Source: Elusimicrobia bacterium RIFOXYA12_FULL_51_18
GTDB taxonomy: Bacteria > Elusimicrobiota > Elusimicrobia > Elusimicrobiales > UBA9959
DNA: 64,000 bases
NCBI GenBank assembly: GCA_001800245.1
Contig: MGVA01000043.1
Location: 29,098-93,097 of the forward strand
Direction of reading: 5' to 3'
Position 1 is the first letter of the stretch. Every line of letters begins with the position of its first letter. This document shows positions 52,814 to 62,478 of the stretch, piece by piece. The notes below the pieces were generated by a model that was not told the origin of the DNA, did not search any database, and worked only from the letters and a program-made list of their open reading frames with translations. The translations under genes and the position numbers were made by a program.

Positions 52814-54334
52814 TTAAAAACGTCTAAAAAATTTGAAAGCCAGGAGTTCCCTGAAATAGAAAACATAGATCCTGAAATAATCTGAAATAGTGAGGTAATG
52901 AAAAGGGTTTTTCTTGCCTCTTAAAAGCCTTTTAACCATCCCCGTAATGGCTATAACGGGGAATAAGAGGTTGGATGCGGGGACAAACTTGTCCCAGCCC
53001 CGGTCCAGTATCCTGTCCATCAACGGCGTGGGGATAAAGCCGCTCAAAAGTGCCAGATTTCCCATTTTCGCAATCTGCCTGTTGTAGGTGTTCCCGCCTA
53101 TGGCGTACGGCATGTAGGTTTTGCTTTCGTTTAAGGTTTCGACGTCCTTCTCCGTTAATATCCCCATCTTTTCAGCTGTAGCCACTATCTTGGTTTTGGG
53201 GTAGTACCGTAACCAGTATATTGCCGGCAGGTCTGCTCTGTTGCGGGAACAGAACCTCAGTGTTTTTTTTAGGGTCTGGGCGTTTTCTCCGGGAAGGTTC
53301 AGCATTATATTGGAATAGACGAAAATATTGGAGCGGGAAAGTATGGAGAGGGCTTTTTCTATCTGTTCGTTTGAGCCTTTCCTGTTGAGTATGTTTTTCC
53401 GGACAGCTTCGTCCGCTGTTTGGATGCCGATATTCACTGCGCTAGCGCCTGATTTCTCAAGCAGGGCTACAGTGGTTTCATCTATGTTGTCCGGGTGGAC
53501 GCAACAGAAATACGGGAGTTTTATGGTTTTGGCGTAAAGCGTCAGGAATTCATTCAGCCAGCCACGGTCCGAGGTAAAGACCTCGTCATAGAAGGTCACT
53601 CTCTTTATATTGAATTTTTCTTTTGCCAAGGCAAGTTCCGCTATCACATCGGCGGGGCTTCTGCGCCGGAAGAATTTGCCCGGCGGATAGACCGTGTGTA
53701 TCATGGAGTTCCAGCAGTAGCTGCAGGCGTTGGAACAGCCGCGACTCGCGAGTATCATGTAGCTGCTCTCCACCAGTAACCGGCATTCTTTATGAAAAAG
53801 TTCCTTGTCCGGCAAAGGCAGTGAATCCAGATCCGCTATCAATGGCCTTGGCGCGTTCAGAAAAGGAACGCCGTTCTTGTAGCCGCCGATGTTCGGTATC
53901 GCGGATGGATCCTTGCCTTTTTCCAGCGCTTCCGCGAGGTCCGCGAAGGCCTCTTCGCCTTCTCCGATTATTAGATAGTCGGCTATCTTGTCTCTTAAGA
54001 CATATTCGGGGACGGAGGTCGGATGTACCCCGCCAAAAACTATTACAGCCCCTGTCCTTTTTTTTATTTCAGCGGCCATCTCCAGCGTCCATTTGTAATT
54101 GTCCGATATGACCGAAAAAGCCGCTATGGCCGGTTTTTTGAGCGCTATTTTTTTCAGTATGCGATTCTTGAAATTAAAAAAATTATCGTGGAGAAAATTG
54201 CTGTCGTAGAAAAAGTTATGGAAAAGCGCAGGCTCGAAAAAAAGCTCGGTTGTATGGCCCCGGCTTTTTGCGACGGCGGAAAGGTATTCTATGGCCAGAT
54301 TTTCGTAATGGCTGGTTATAAAGGCGATATGCAT
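52814..54334 (-). CDS. B12-binding-domain radical SAM protein
   Basis: 506 aa. The N-terminal region is IAFITSHYENLAIEYLSAVAKSRGH...VIVFGGVHPTSVPE...YLIIGEGEEAF. The cluster motif is ASRGCSNACSYC. Confidence 0.8.
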   Translation of the reverse strand: MHIAFITSHYENLAIEYLSAVAKSRGHTTELFFEPALFHNFFYDSNFLHDNFFNFKNRILKKIALKKPAIAAFSVISDNYKWTLEMAAEIKKRTGAVIVFGGVHPTSVPEYVLRDKIADYLIIGEGEEAFADLAEALEKGKDPSAIPNIGGYKNGVPFLNAPRPLIADLDSLPLPDKELFHKECRLLVESSYMILASRGCSNACSYCWNSMIHTVYPPGKFFRRRSPADVIAELALAKEKFNIKRVTFYDEVFTSDRGWLNEFLTLYAKTIKLPYFCCVHPDNIDETTVALLEKSGASAVNIGIQTADEAVRKNILNRKGSNEQIEKALSILSRSNIFVYSNIMLNLPGENAQTLKKTLRFCSRNRADLPAIYWLRYYPKTKIVATAEKMGILTEKDVETLNESKTYMPYAIGGNTYNRQIAKMGNLALLSGFIPTPLMDRILDRGWDKFVPASNLLFPVIAITGMVKRLLRGKKNPFHYLTISDYFRIYVFYFRELLAFKFFRRF

Positions 54335-54344
54335 GATGGTGTTG

Positions 54345-55382
54345 TTATTTTATTTCCAGCGGGAATTTACCTTTAACGTTCTCACCCGAGGGGATATGCC
54401 TGTTTCTGAAAGCGGGGTCAATGATGAGGCAGTCCTTGTGAGGGACTTTGAATATAGTATGGCTCCACATTTTGTCGAGCGTAGTGGCAAGAGGCCCCTT
54501 AAGCGCGGAGCCGAAAGTCAGCGGAAGATAAGCGCAGGGCTGGATTTCGCCGTAAGGTGAAACATAAAAAGTACTTCTTTTGAATATGCCGCAATCATCC
54601 GGCGCGGGCAGGCCTTTAAAATAGGTTATGCACGGATCCAGATTTTTTAAAAGCTCTTTTTCCTGTTTCGGATTCAGGGTCTCTGCGGCGTGGCACTGGA
54701 AACTGCCGACCGGCCGCGCCGGCATGACCCGCACGGCCATAACGCCCAGGTCCCTTGCCAGTTTTATGATGGCATGGATGTCGCCTTGAGCGTCGGCGCG
54801 CTTAGAGGTCACGTAGGTGGAAATTAGGCATGGAACGGCGGCTTTTACGCAGTTCTTAAGTCCCTGGATAGCGCTTTTAAAACATCCGGCGTTATTCCTC
54901 AGGGCGTCGTGCTCTTTCGGGTCAGGCACGTCTATGCTTACAGCCACGCAGGAAACCCCGGCTGTCTTTAAATCTAAAAGGGTTCCCTCGGTTAAAAGCA
55001 GCCCGTTAGATTCCAGCACCGTCACAAAATGCCTTGAGGCAAAGCGGATGATGTCGAAAATATCTTTTCTTAGCAGGGCTTCGCCGCCGCTTATATTCAG
55101 TCTCGGTACGCCCACGTCGGATATCGCCCCCAATATGGCCAGCCACTGTGCGGTGGAGAGCTCTTCCGCGGTCTCACGTTTGTAAAGTCCGGCCGAACAG
55201 TGGGAGCACCTAAGCTGGCACATGTAGGTCAGACCTATCACGGCGGAGGAAGGCGAATGGAGCCCCGCGGCATTTTTTATCGCGTTGGCAAACACCCGAT
55301 AATATAAGCGCATCCGCGTGACTTTTAGGAATATGCGAAGCACCAGGACAAAGCTTTTTAATTTATCGGCAAATTTATTCAT
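54345..55382 (-). CDS. radical SAM protein with N-terminal amphipathic/hydrophobic helix and twitch/SPASM-like tail
   Basis: 345 aa with CQLRCSHC and SGGEALLRKD. The C-terminal part reads CGIFKRSTFYVSPYGEIQPC. It is paralogous to 55562-56608. Confidence 0.8.
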   Translation of the reverse strand: MNKFADKLKSFVLVLRIFLKVTRMRLYYRVFANAIKNAAGLHSPSSAVIGLTYMCQLRCSHCSAGLYKRETAEELSTAQWLAILGAISDVGVPRLNISGGEALLRKDIFDIIRFASRHFVTVLESNGLLLTEGTLLDLKTAGVSCVAVSIDVPDPKEHDALRNNAGCFKSAIQGLKNCVKAAVPCLISTYVTSKRADAQGDIHAIIKLARDLGVMAVRVMPARPVGSFQCHAAETLNPKQEKELLKNLDPCITYFKGLPAPDDCGIFKRSTFYVSPYGEIQPCAYLPLTFGSALKGPLATTLDKMWSHTIFKVPHKDCLIIDPAFRNRHIPSGENVKGKFPLEIK

Positions 55383-55561
55383 AGGGGCATAGCGTCCGGA
55401 CCGGAAGGGTTAATTATATAACTTTAATGCGGTACGTGGGATTTCAGCCGGCGGGATCAGGGTAAATGAAAAAGTTTGTAAAGACTCTCTACAGTCTTGT
55501 AAAATACTTTTGCAGGCGATTCGCGAGGAAAGCGGCAATTCATCAAGTGGGATAGATTTTT

Positions 55562-56608
55562 GTGAAAACAGTTTTATCGCAGTTCATATTCGGGATCAAG
55601 GTTTTTTTCCGCGGCCTGAGCATTAAAAATACCACGAAGATAGCCTTTTTTATGATCAAAAGGTATTTTCTGGGCAGGCCGGTGCCATTCTCAGTAGTGC
55701 TGGCGGTAACCTATAAATGCCAGTGCGGATGCGTTCATTGTTCGGTCGCTGATTACGCCCGCGAGGCCCAGGAGCTGACGGCGGAAGAAATAAAAAAAAT
55801 AATCGACTTCGTGGATGACTGGGGACCGGTGAAGGTAACTTTTTTCGGCGGAGAACCGCTTATCCGGCCGGAGATAGCGGATTTTGTGGCTTATGCGTCT
55901 TCCAAAGGTATAAGAACCTCCATAGACACAAACGGCCTGTTGGCTGACGAAGACATGATACTGGGGCTTAAGCGCGCCGGTATTGGGAACATAAACGTGA
56001 GCGTTGACAGCCCCGATTTGGACGCGCATGACAGACTCAGGGCGAGCGCAGGCTGCTTTAATTCCGCCGTGGCCGCTTTAAAGCTCTGTGCCAAGCATGG
56101 GGTAGCCTGCCTGGTTTCCACTTATGCCTCCAAAACATCCATAGCCGACAAGTCGCTTGAGCGGATAATAACGCTTGCCCGAGAACTTGGCGCGGACGGG
56201 GTTAAGATACTGTTCCCCATCCTTTCCGGTAAATGGCGTGAGAGTGAAGCTGAGAGGCTTTCCCCGGAAGAGGAAGCATATTTGATCGGACTGATGGACC
56301 CCTCTTATGTTTATGTAGAGGATGCCCTTGAAATGATAACGAAACGCGGCAAAGGCTGTTCTGCTTTGGATCGCAACCTTGTATATATCTCTCCCTACGG
56401 AGATATTCAGCCCTGTCCGGCCATCCCCGTCTCTTTTGGCAACTTACGGAAGAAAGCGCTGGGTGAGATAATCGCCTACATGGATAATCATCCCTTTTTT
56501 GGAAAATGCGGGTCCTGCGCCATGTGTCTTATGAATGATCCGTCCTTCCGTAAGACGTTCTTTTCCCGGAGCAGGGGGAGGCTGCCGGTGGATGTGGAAG
56601 AATTATAA
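55562..56608 (+). CDS. radical SAM protein with N-terminal amphipathic/hydrophobic helix and twitch/SPASM-like tail
   Basis: 348 aa with a GTG start, CQCGCVHC and FGGEPLIRPE. The C-terminal part reads GCSALDRNLVYISPYGDIQPC...CGSCAMC. Confidence 0.8.
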   Translation: MKTVLSQFIFGIKVFFRGLSIKNTTKIAFFMIKRYFLGRPVPFSVVLAVTYKCQCGCVHCSVADYAREAQELTAEEIKKIIDFVDDWGPVKVTFFGGEPLIRPEIADFVAYASSKGIRTSIDTNGLLADEDMILGLKRAGIGNINVSVDSPDLDAHDRLRASAGCFNSAVAALKLCAKHGVACLVSTYASKTSIADKSLERIITLARELGADGVKILFPILSGKWRESEAERLSPEEEAYLIGLMDPSYVYVEDALEMITKRGKGCSALDRNLVYISPYGDIQPCPAIPVSFGNLRKKALGEIIAYMDNHPFFGKCGSCAMCLMNDPSFRKTFFSRSRGRLPVDVEEL

Positions 56609-56655
56609 AACCCTGTCGTTCGCCTAAATATAAAGCCCAGGTTAACCGGTGATTT

Positions 56656-58104
56656 ATGAATGTAAAACTTGACTTGTTATTAGTGGTGGCGCACCCCCCG
56701 GCGACGGCAAAGTTTTTAACATGGTCGTCGGGAGTCACGCATCCTTTAGGGGCCGCATATATAGCGGGCTATGTTCGGGAAAAAGGTTTTACGGTTGAAA
56801 TCCTTGATAATGCGATAGAGGGATTGAGCCTTAATGCTTTTCGTGACTATGTGAGAGCTAGAATGCCGCGGTGTGTGGGGTTCAGCACTTTTACGAATTC
56901 CATTCGGAATTCATTCCTTTTGGCTGAAGCGGTAAAAGATGTCAATGAGAATATTCTTGTGATCATGGGGGGGGCTCATGCCTCCGCGTTGCCGCATGAT
57001 ACGTTAAAGCGGGCATGCGTGGATATAGTGGTAAAAGGCGAGGGAGAAATTACGACGCATGAATTACTTCAGGCCGTCAAAAACGGAACTGGGTTTGAGG
57101 GGATTTATGGGGTTTGGTATAAAAAAGCGGGACATATCGTTGAAAATCCGGATCGCGAATTGATCCCGGATTTGAACATTCTCCCCATGCCCGCGTATGA
57201 CCTTTTGCCAATGAAGAAGTATTATCTGCCGGCCTCGCGGAGGATGGGGAAAGGATATACGGGGTCTGTTATGACGGGCCGGGGATGCCCGTATCATTGT
57301 ACCTTTTGCAGCCGAAGTGTTTTTGGCGCGAAATTGCGGTTGAGGAAGCCGGAAAAAGTGGTTGAAGAAATGATGCTTTTGGCCGGACAGTATCACGTTG
57401 AGGAATTTCTGATCTGGGATGATGTGTTCACTATCGATAAAGAACGCGCTATCGAAATGTGCCGATTGATGCGCAAAAACAGACTCAATATCGTCTGGAG
57501 CTGCAGCAGCCGCGGCGATTGCGCGTCGGATGATCTGTTCCGGGAGCTTTCCCTGGCCGGTTGCCGTGAAATATTGTTGGGCGCTGAGTCCGGGTCTCAA
57601 AAGATACTGGACCATCTGCGGAAGGATATCACAGTGGCGCAGATCGAGGAAGCCGTGCGCTTATGTAAGAAGAACAATATGCTGGCGTTTTGCACGTTTG
57701 TGCTGGGATCATTCGGTGAGACGGAAGAAACGTTGCGGGAAACACTGAAATTTGTAAAACAGCTTGATCCCAATTATGCGATTTTTTGCGTTCTGGCGCC
57801 ATTGCCCGGTTCGAAATTATTTTCAGAGGCTGTTGCGGACGGGAGGGTCGATCTTGCCGCGGTAAACTGGGATCATTACGTGAGTCTGCTGTCCACTGTC
57901 CCGCCTCCGATAAAAACAAGTGCGATGAGTAAAGAGGAAATTGTTCGGTGGCAGAAAAAAATTTTCAGGGAATTTTATTTGCGGCCCGCTTATATTTTCC
58001 GGCATATCCGGAATCTGCGTTCATGGGGACATGTTTGTGAAACGTTGCGCGGGTTCAGCGCCCTGATGGGGCATCAACTGCATCAGAATTTTAAATCTAA
58101 ATAG
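56656..58104 (+). CDS. B12-binding-domain radical SAM protein (class-B type), tandem array member 1
   Basis: 482 aa with GAAYIAGYVREKGF, GGAHASALP, VVKGEGE, LPMPAYDLLP, GRGCPYHCTFC and LGAESGSQ. Confidence 0.85.
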   Translation: MNVKLDLLLVVAHPPATAKFLTWSSGVTHPLGAAYIAGYVREKGFTVEILDNAIEGLSLNAFRDYVRARMPRCVGFSTFTNSIRNSFLLAEAVKDVNENILVIMGGAHASALPHDTLKRACVDIVVKGEGEITTHELLQAVKNGTGFEGIYGVWYKKAGHIVENPDRELIPDLNILPMPAYDLLPMKKYYLPASRRMGKGYTGSVMTGRGCPYHCTFCSRSVFGAKLRLRKPEKVVEEMMLLAGQYHVEEFLIWDDVFTIDKERAIEMCRLMRKNRLNIVWSCSSRGDCASDDLFRELSLAGCREILLGAESGSQKILDHLRKDITVAQIEEAVRLCKKNNMLAFCTFVLGSFGETEETLRETLKFVKQLDPNYAIFCVLAPLPGSKLFSEAVADGRVDLAAVNWDHYVSLLSTVPPPIKTSAMSKEEIVRWQKKIFREFYLRPAYIFRHIRNLRSWGHVCETLRGFSALMGHQLHQNFKSK

Positions 58105-58117
58105 TAGTGAGTCCGTT

Positions 58118-59581
58118 ATGATGGCCGCATATCAAGAACGCCTCGACGTCTTATTTGTCGTCCCTCGAAATCCATCCACATTCGATATCGTTTCCGGCGC
58201 ATATACTGTGACCGCGCCATTGGGCGTTGCATATGTCGCCGGATATCTGAGAGAGAAAAAATATCGCGTCGCGATTATCGATGATAATATTGAAAGGGCG
58301 ACTAAAGAGGGCTTCAAGGAGTATCTGAAAAAGTGTAAGCCGCGATTCGTCGGATTTAGTGTTCTAACGCCTTCGGTCGACAATGCCGTAGCTTTTGCCG
58401 AGATCGTAAAAGACACCGTTCGCGACACGAAAATCTTTGCCGGGGGAGCGCATGCCTCGGCGTTGCCGGAAGACCTGTTAAAACACCCATGTTTTGATGT
58501 GGTGGTTAAGGGCGAGGGAGAGGTGACGGCGCTGGAATTGATCGAATCGCTTGATGCCGGAGAAAGTTTGGAAAATGTCCGCGGGATCGTGTATCGGAAG
58601 GAAGCGCGGTGCATAGAAAATGCGGATCGCCCATTCATCGCCGATCTCGATGCGTTGCCGATGCCTGCTTATGATTTGCTTCCAATGGAGAAATATTTTG
58701 TTTCATCTACAAGGAAGCTTGCGGCCGGGCGCGCCGGGTCAATCATCACGAGCCGCGGTTGTTCTTATCAATGTAGTTTTTGCAGCCAATCGGTTTTTAG
58801 AAGAGAGGTCCGCTATCGAAGCCCGGGCAGCGTTTTAAAAGAAATACGGTATTTAAGCGATATTTACGGCATTTCCGAATTCGTCATCTGGGACGATACG
58901 TTTACAACAAATGAAAGGCATGCCGTGGAGATCAGCAAGGGGGTTAAAGCGATTAAACGGGATCTGGTCTGGAGTTGCTATTCGCGGGTGGAACAGGCTT
59001 CGGATCGAATGTATCAGGCGTTGTATGATGGTGGGTGCCGTGAATTATCATTCGGCGCGGAATCGGGATCGCAGATGATCCTGGATTCGATCTGTAAAAA
59101 TGTAAAAGTGGAAGATATTGAGAAGGCTGTGCAATGCTGTAAGAGAAATGGTTTAAAGTCGTTCTGTTGTTTTGTATTCGGTTTTCCGGGTGAGACTGCG
59201 GAGACGATACAAAAAACAATTCAGTTCGCAATAACCATAGACCCCGATTTTGTTTCTTTTTGCATATTTACGCCGTTGCCCGGATCTAAATTGTTTTCCG
59301 ATGCGGTTCAAAGGGGGCTGATAAATCTCGATCATGTTGAATGGAGCCGGTTCATGTGCCTGATGTCGACATGTCCGCCGCCGGTAAATATGAGCGGGAT
59401 AAGCAGCGCGGATTTGATTTTATCGCAGAAAAAGGCGTTTATGAAGTTCTATTTCCGTCCAAAATATATTTTCCTGAGGCTTTTCCAGCTAAAGACAAAA
59501 GATTCAATATATCAGCTATGGCGAGGATGCCGAACCATACTGAAGTATCTTAATTACAGGGTAACCACGCAAGATGAATAA
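58118..59581 (+). CDS. B12-binding-domain radical SAM protein, tandem array member 2
   Basis: 487 aa, colinear with member 1 (GGAHASALP, VVKGEGE, LPMPAYDLLP, SRGCSYQCSFC, FGAESGSQ). Confidence 0.85.
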   Translation: MMAAYQERLDVLFVVPRNPSTFDIVSGAYTVTAPLGVAYVAGYLREKKYRVAIIDDNIERATKEGFKEYLKKCKPRFVGFSVLTPSVDNAVAFAEIVKDTVRDTKIFAGGAHASALPEDLLKHPCFDVVVKGEGEVTALELIESLDAGESLENVRGIVYRKEARCIENADRPFIADLDALPMPAYDLLPMEKYFVSSTRKLAAGRAGSIITSRGCSYQCSFCSQSVFRREVRYRSPGSVLKEIRYLSDIYGISEFVIWDDTFTTNERHAVEISKGVKAIKRDLVWSCYSRVEQASDRMYQALYDGGCRELSFGAESGSQMILDSICKNVKVEDIEKAVQCCKRNGLKSFCCFVFGFPGETAETIQKTIQFAITIDPDFVSFCIFTPLPGSKLFSDAVQRGLINLDHVEWSRFMCLMSTCPPPVNMSGISSADLILSQKKAFMKFYFRPKYIFLRLFQLKTKDSIYQLWRGCRTILKYLNYRVTTQDE

Positions 59582-61010
59582 AAGCGATATCCTTTTGGTT
59601 TCTCCCGCCCCGCAATCGGAAGTGGGATTGCTTTACAGGCTTTCCGGTATAGTGCATCCTCTTGGTTTAGGATATCTCGCTAGCTATCTTCGCAAAAACG
59701 AATATATCGTGGACCTTATCGATAATTCTGTCGCGCGCTTGAGTGAGAAGCAATTCGGGGAATATTTAGAAATTTCAAAACCGCGGTATGTCGGTTTTAG
59801 TTTTTATACGGGATGTCTTGCCAACGCCCATGATCTGGCGCGGGTTGTAAAGAAGGTGGATAGCCGGATTATTGTTGTTGCGGGAGGGCCTCATGCTTCT
59901 GCGCTTCCCGGAGATGTTTTCCGAAATGATGCCATTGATGTCGTTGTTCGTGGAGAAGGAGAGGAAACATTGTTGTCGCTTCTCATTGCGATGGACTCGA
60001 AGTCCGGCCTTGAGACTGTTGAAGGAATTAGTTATAGACGGGGTTCGGAAATAATGCACAATCGGCCGCGTGATCTGATAAAGGATATTAATGCCTTGCC
60101 GGTTCCGTCGTACGATCTTTTCGACATTGATAAATATTTTTTGGCGCCTTCCAGAAGATTTACGGGCGGAAAGGCGGGCTCGGTCATTACCAGCCGGGGA
60201 TGCCCTCAACGGTGCGCTTTTTGCAGTCGCGCGGTTTTCGGGCGGAGTATCCGATATCGCACCCCGGAAAACGTTGTTAATGAAATTGAAAACCTGGTTG
60301 GGAAGTACGGCTTCACGGAATTTGAAATCAGAGATGATACATTTACTTTGGATGAAGACCGGGCGATCGCCATATGTGATTTGATCAAGGCGCGGAAGAT
60401 CAGGATTTTATGGAACTGCTGCGGCCGGGTAAATCAGATTTCCGACAAATTATTGAGCTCCCTTTACGCCGCCGGATGCCGCGCGGTGTTTATCGGCGCG
60501 GAATTCGGTTCTCAAAAGATGCTGGATTTAATGAAAAAAGATATTACCCTGGAACAAATTGAGACGGCGATTATGCAGTGTAAAAAACACAAGCTATTAT
60601 CGCTGACCAGCTTTATCATAGGCGCCCCCGGTGAAACGGAGGAAACAGTGCGGGAAACGATTTTGTTCGCGAAAAGAATAGATCCGGACTATGTTTCTTT
60701 TTGCGCCTATACCCCGCTGCCTGGGTCCGAACTGTTCGATGAATTTGTTGCGAAAGGACAAATTGACATCGAAAACATGAATTGGGAAGATTGTGTGCGA
60801 TTATTATTGGTGCCGCCGCCGTATCAAATCGGCAATTTTCCACCCAGGGAGCTTGTTAAATGGCAAAAAAAAGCCCTTAGAGAATTTTACCTGCGGCCTC
60901 GATATATTTTAAAACGACTGGCACGGCTCAGAACAATTCAGGGCGCTCTTTCCGCTTTTGCGGGCCTGCATGTCGTGGTCGGGCATCAATTAAAGCGCTT
61001 TAAATTTTAA
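59574..61010 (+). CDS. B12-binding-domain radical SAM protein, tandem array member 3
   Basis: 478 aa with an 8-nt overlap onto member 2. Blocks are GGPHASALP, VVRGEGE, LPVPSYDLF, SRGCPQRCAFC and IGAEFGSQ. Confidence 0.85.
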   Translation: MNKSDILLVSPAPQSEVGLLYRLSGIVHPLGLGYLASYLRKNEYIVDLIDNSVARLSEKQFGEYLEISKPRYVGFSFYTGCLANAHDLARVVKKVDSRIIVVAGGPHASALPGDVFRNDAIDVVVRGEGEETLLSLLIAMDSKSGLETVEGISYRRGSEIMHNRPRDLIKDINALPVPSYDLFDIDKYFLAPSRRFTGGKAGSVITSRGCPQRCAFCSRAVFGRSIRYRTPENVVNEIENLVGKYGFTEFEIRDDTFTLDEDRAIAICDLIKARKIRILWNCCGRVNQISDKLLSSLYAAGCRAVFIGAEFGSQKMLDLMKKDITLEQIETAIMQCKKHKLLSLTSFIIGAPGETEETVRETILFAKRIDPDYVSFCAYTPLPGSELFDEFVAKGQIDIENMNWEDCVRLLLVPPPYQIGNFPPRELVKWQKKALREFYLRPRYILKRLARLRTIQGALSAFAGLHVVVGHQLKRFKF

Positions 61011-61060
61011 ATGATACAATTTGGGGAAAGAAATGATCGGCAGGTTCTAAAAAAATAACA

Positions 61061-62455
61061 ATGAAAATAGTACTGATTAAACCTCATTCTTCGGCTATAA
61101 GTCCTCAAATTGTTCCTCCTTTGGGACTAATGTATTTGTCCGCGGTGCTGAAAAGAGCAGGGTACAAAGACGTGTCTCTTATTCACATGGATGCCGATGA
61201 CTTAAATGAGGCGGAGATAGCGGCTAAAGTTATTGCACTAAACCCTGATCTTGTTGGCCTTAGTTCAATAACATCAGAATCTTATTGTATGTATGCCCTG
61301 GCCAAGAAAATAAAAAATATCCTCAATAATGTTTGCGTTATTGCGGGTGGGCCGCATCCGACCGCGTATGTTGAAGATTGCTTGAAAAATGATGCTATTG
61401 ATATTGTGGTGAAAGGGGAAGGTGAGGAAACTTTATTGGAAATTGTGCGAACCATCGAAAAAAAAGAGCCGCTTGGCATGATCAAGGGGATAAGTTATAA
61501 AGAGAATGGCGGGATCTTGCATAATCCCCCCCGTGAATATGTTGCTGATATCGATCAACTCCCTTATCCGGATTGGGGCGCTGTTAATATCGATGCATAT
61601 AAACGATTTATCCCTCAATCGCCATTTATGTATCAGCGTAAATATATGACCATTTTTACGTCGCGGGGATGTCCGTTTCATTGCACGTATTGTCATAATG
61701 TCATGGGGAAATCATTCCGGGCTCATTCGGTAAATAGGGTTTTTGATGAAGTATCTTATTTGCATAATAAGTACGGTATTCGCCATGTAGCCATCATTGA
61801 CGACATATTCAATTGGGATAGAACCAGATCGTTGGCAATCATGCAAAGAATAGCGGATAGTGAGATGAAACTCGCTATACATTTTGCTAATGGGATAAAA
61901 GGAGACCTTTTAGATGAAGAACAAATAAAAATCTTTGCTAAAGCCGGGCTTTCTTTTACATGTGTGGCTGTCGAAACCGGGAGCATGCGCTTGCAGAAAA
62001 AGATTAAAAAAGGAATCGATTTCCCAAAGATACGAGAAAATATCGCTCTCCTCTCAAAACACAGGATTTTTGTTAATGGCTATTTTATTATAGGGTTTCC
62101 CGGAGAAACTTTTAAAGAAGTGTTGTTAACGATTTGGTTCGCCTGCACTTCAAAACTGCATACGGCCAGTTTTTTTGTCTATCATGCTTACAAAGGGACC
62201 GAGCTTGGGGATGATTTAAGCGGAGAGATCGTGAGCAAGGTGCAGAATTCCGCGAGCAGTTATACTACGTCGAGTGATTTCGTGAACTGTTCCTCATTAT
62301 CAAAAAGTGCCATTGTATTCCTGCGGCAATTTGCGAATATTTGTTTTTATGGTAATCCTGTCCGCGTATTTAGAATTTTGAGAGATTTGCCTGATTATGG
62401 GGCTTTTTATATCTTACTGAAAAAACTTATCCACCGGACAATATTCTTAAAATAA
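61061..62455 (+). CDS. B12-binding-domain radical SAM protein, tandem array member 4 (second subfamily)
   Basis: 464 aa with PPLGLMYLSAVLKRAGY, GGPHPTAY, VVKGEGE, SRGCPFHCTYC and VAVETGS. The gene is AT-richer than the rest of the island. Confidence 0.8.
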   Translation: MKIVLIKPHSSAISPQIVPPLGLMYLSAVLKRAGYKDVSLIHMDADDLNEAEIAAKVIALNPDLVGLSSITSESYCMYALAKKIKNILNNVCVIAGGPHPTAYVEDCLKNDAIDIVVKGEGEETLLEIVRTIEKKEPLGMIKGISYKENGGILHNPPREYVADIDQLPYPDWGAVNIDAYKRFIPQSPFMYQRKYMTIFTSRGCPFHCTYCHNVMGKSFRAHSVNRVFDEVSYLHNKYGIRHVAIIDDIFNWDRTRSLAIMQRIADSEMKLAIHFANGIKGDLLDEEQIKIFAKAGLSFTCVAVETGSMRLQKKIKKGIDFPKIRENIALLSKHRIFVNGYFIIGFPGETFKEVLLTIWFACTSKLHTASFFVYHAYKGTELGDDLSGEIVSKVQNSASSYTTSSDFVNCSSLSKSAIVFLRQFANICFYGNPVRVFRILRDLPDYGAFYILLKKLIHRTIFLK

Positions 62456-62478
62456 CCGTTTCAAGTAAAGAAAAGAAC

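Noticed and set aside
55553-55555. The in-frame TAG upstream of rSAM 55562 was considered as evidence of stop-codon reassignment.
   Set aside because: TAG terminates well-conserved genes at their expected ends (PhoH-like at 12650-12652, ygeW at 34577-34579). TGA and TAA also behave as stops, so the standard code fits the whole window.
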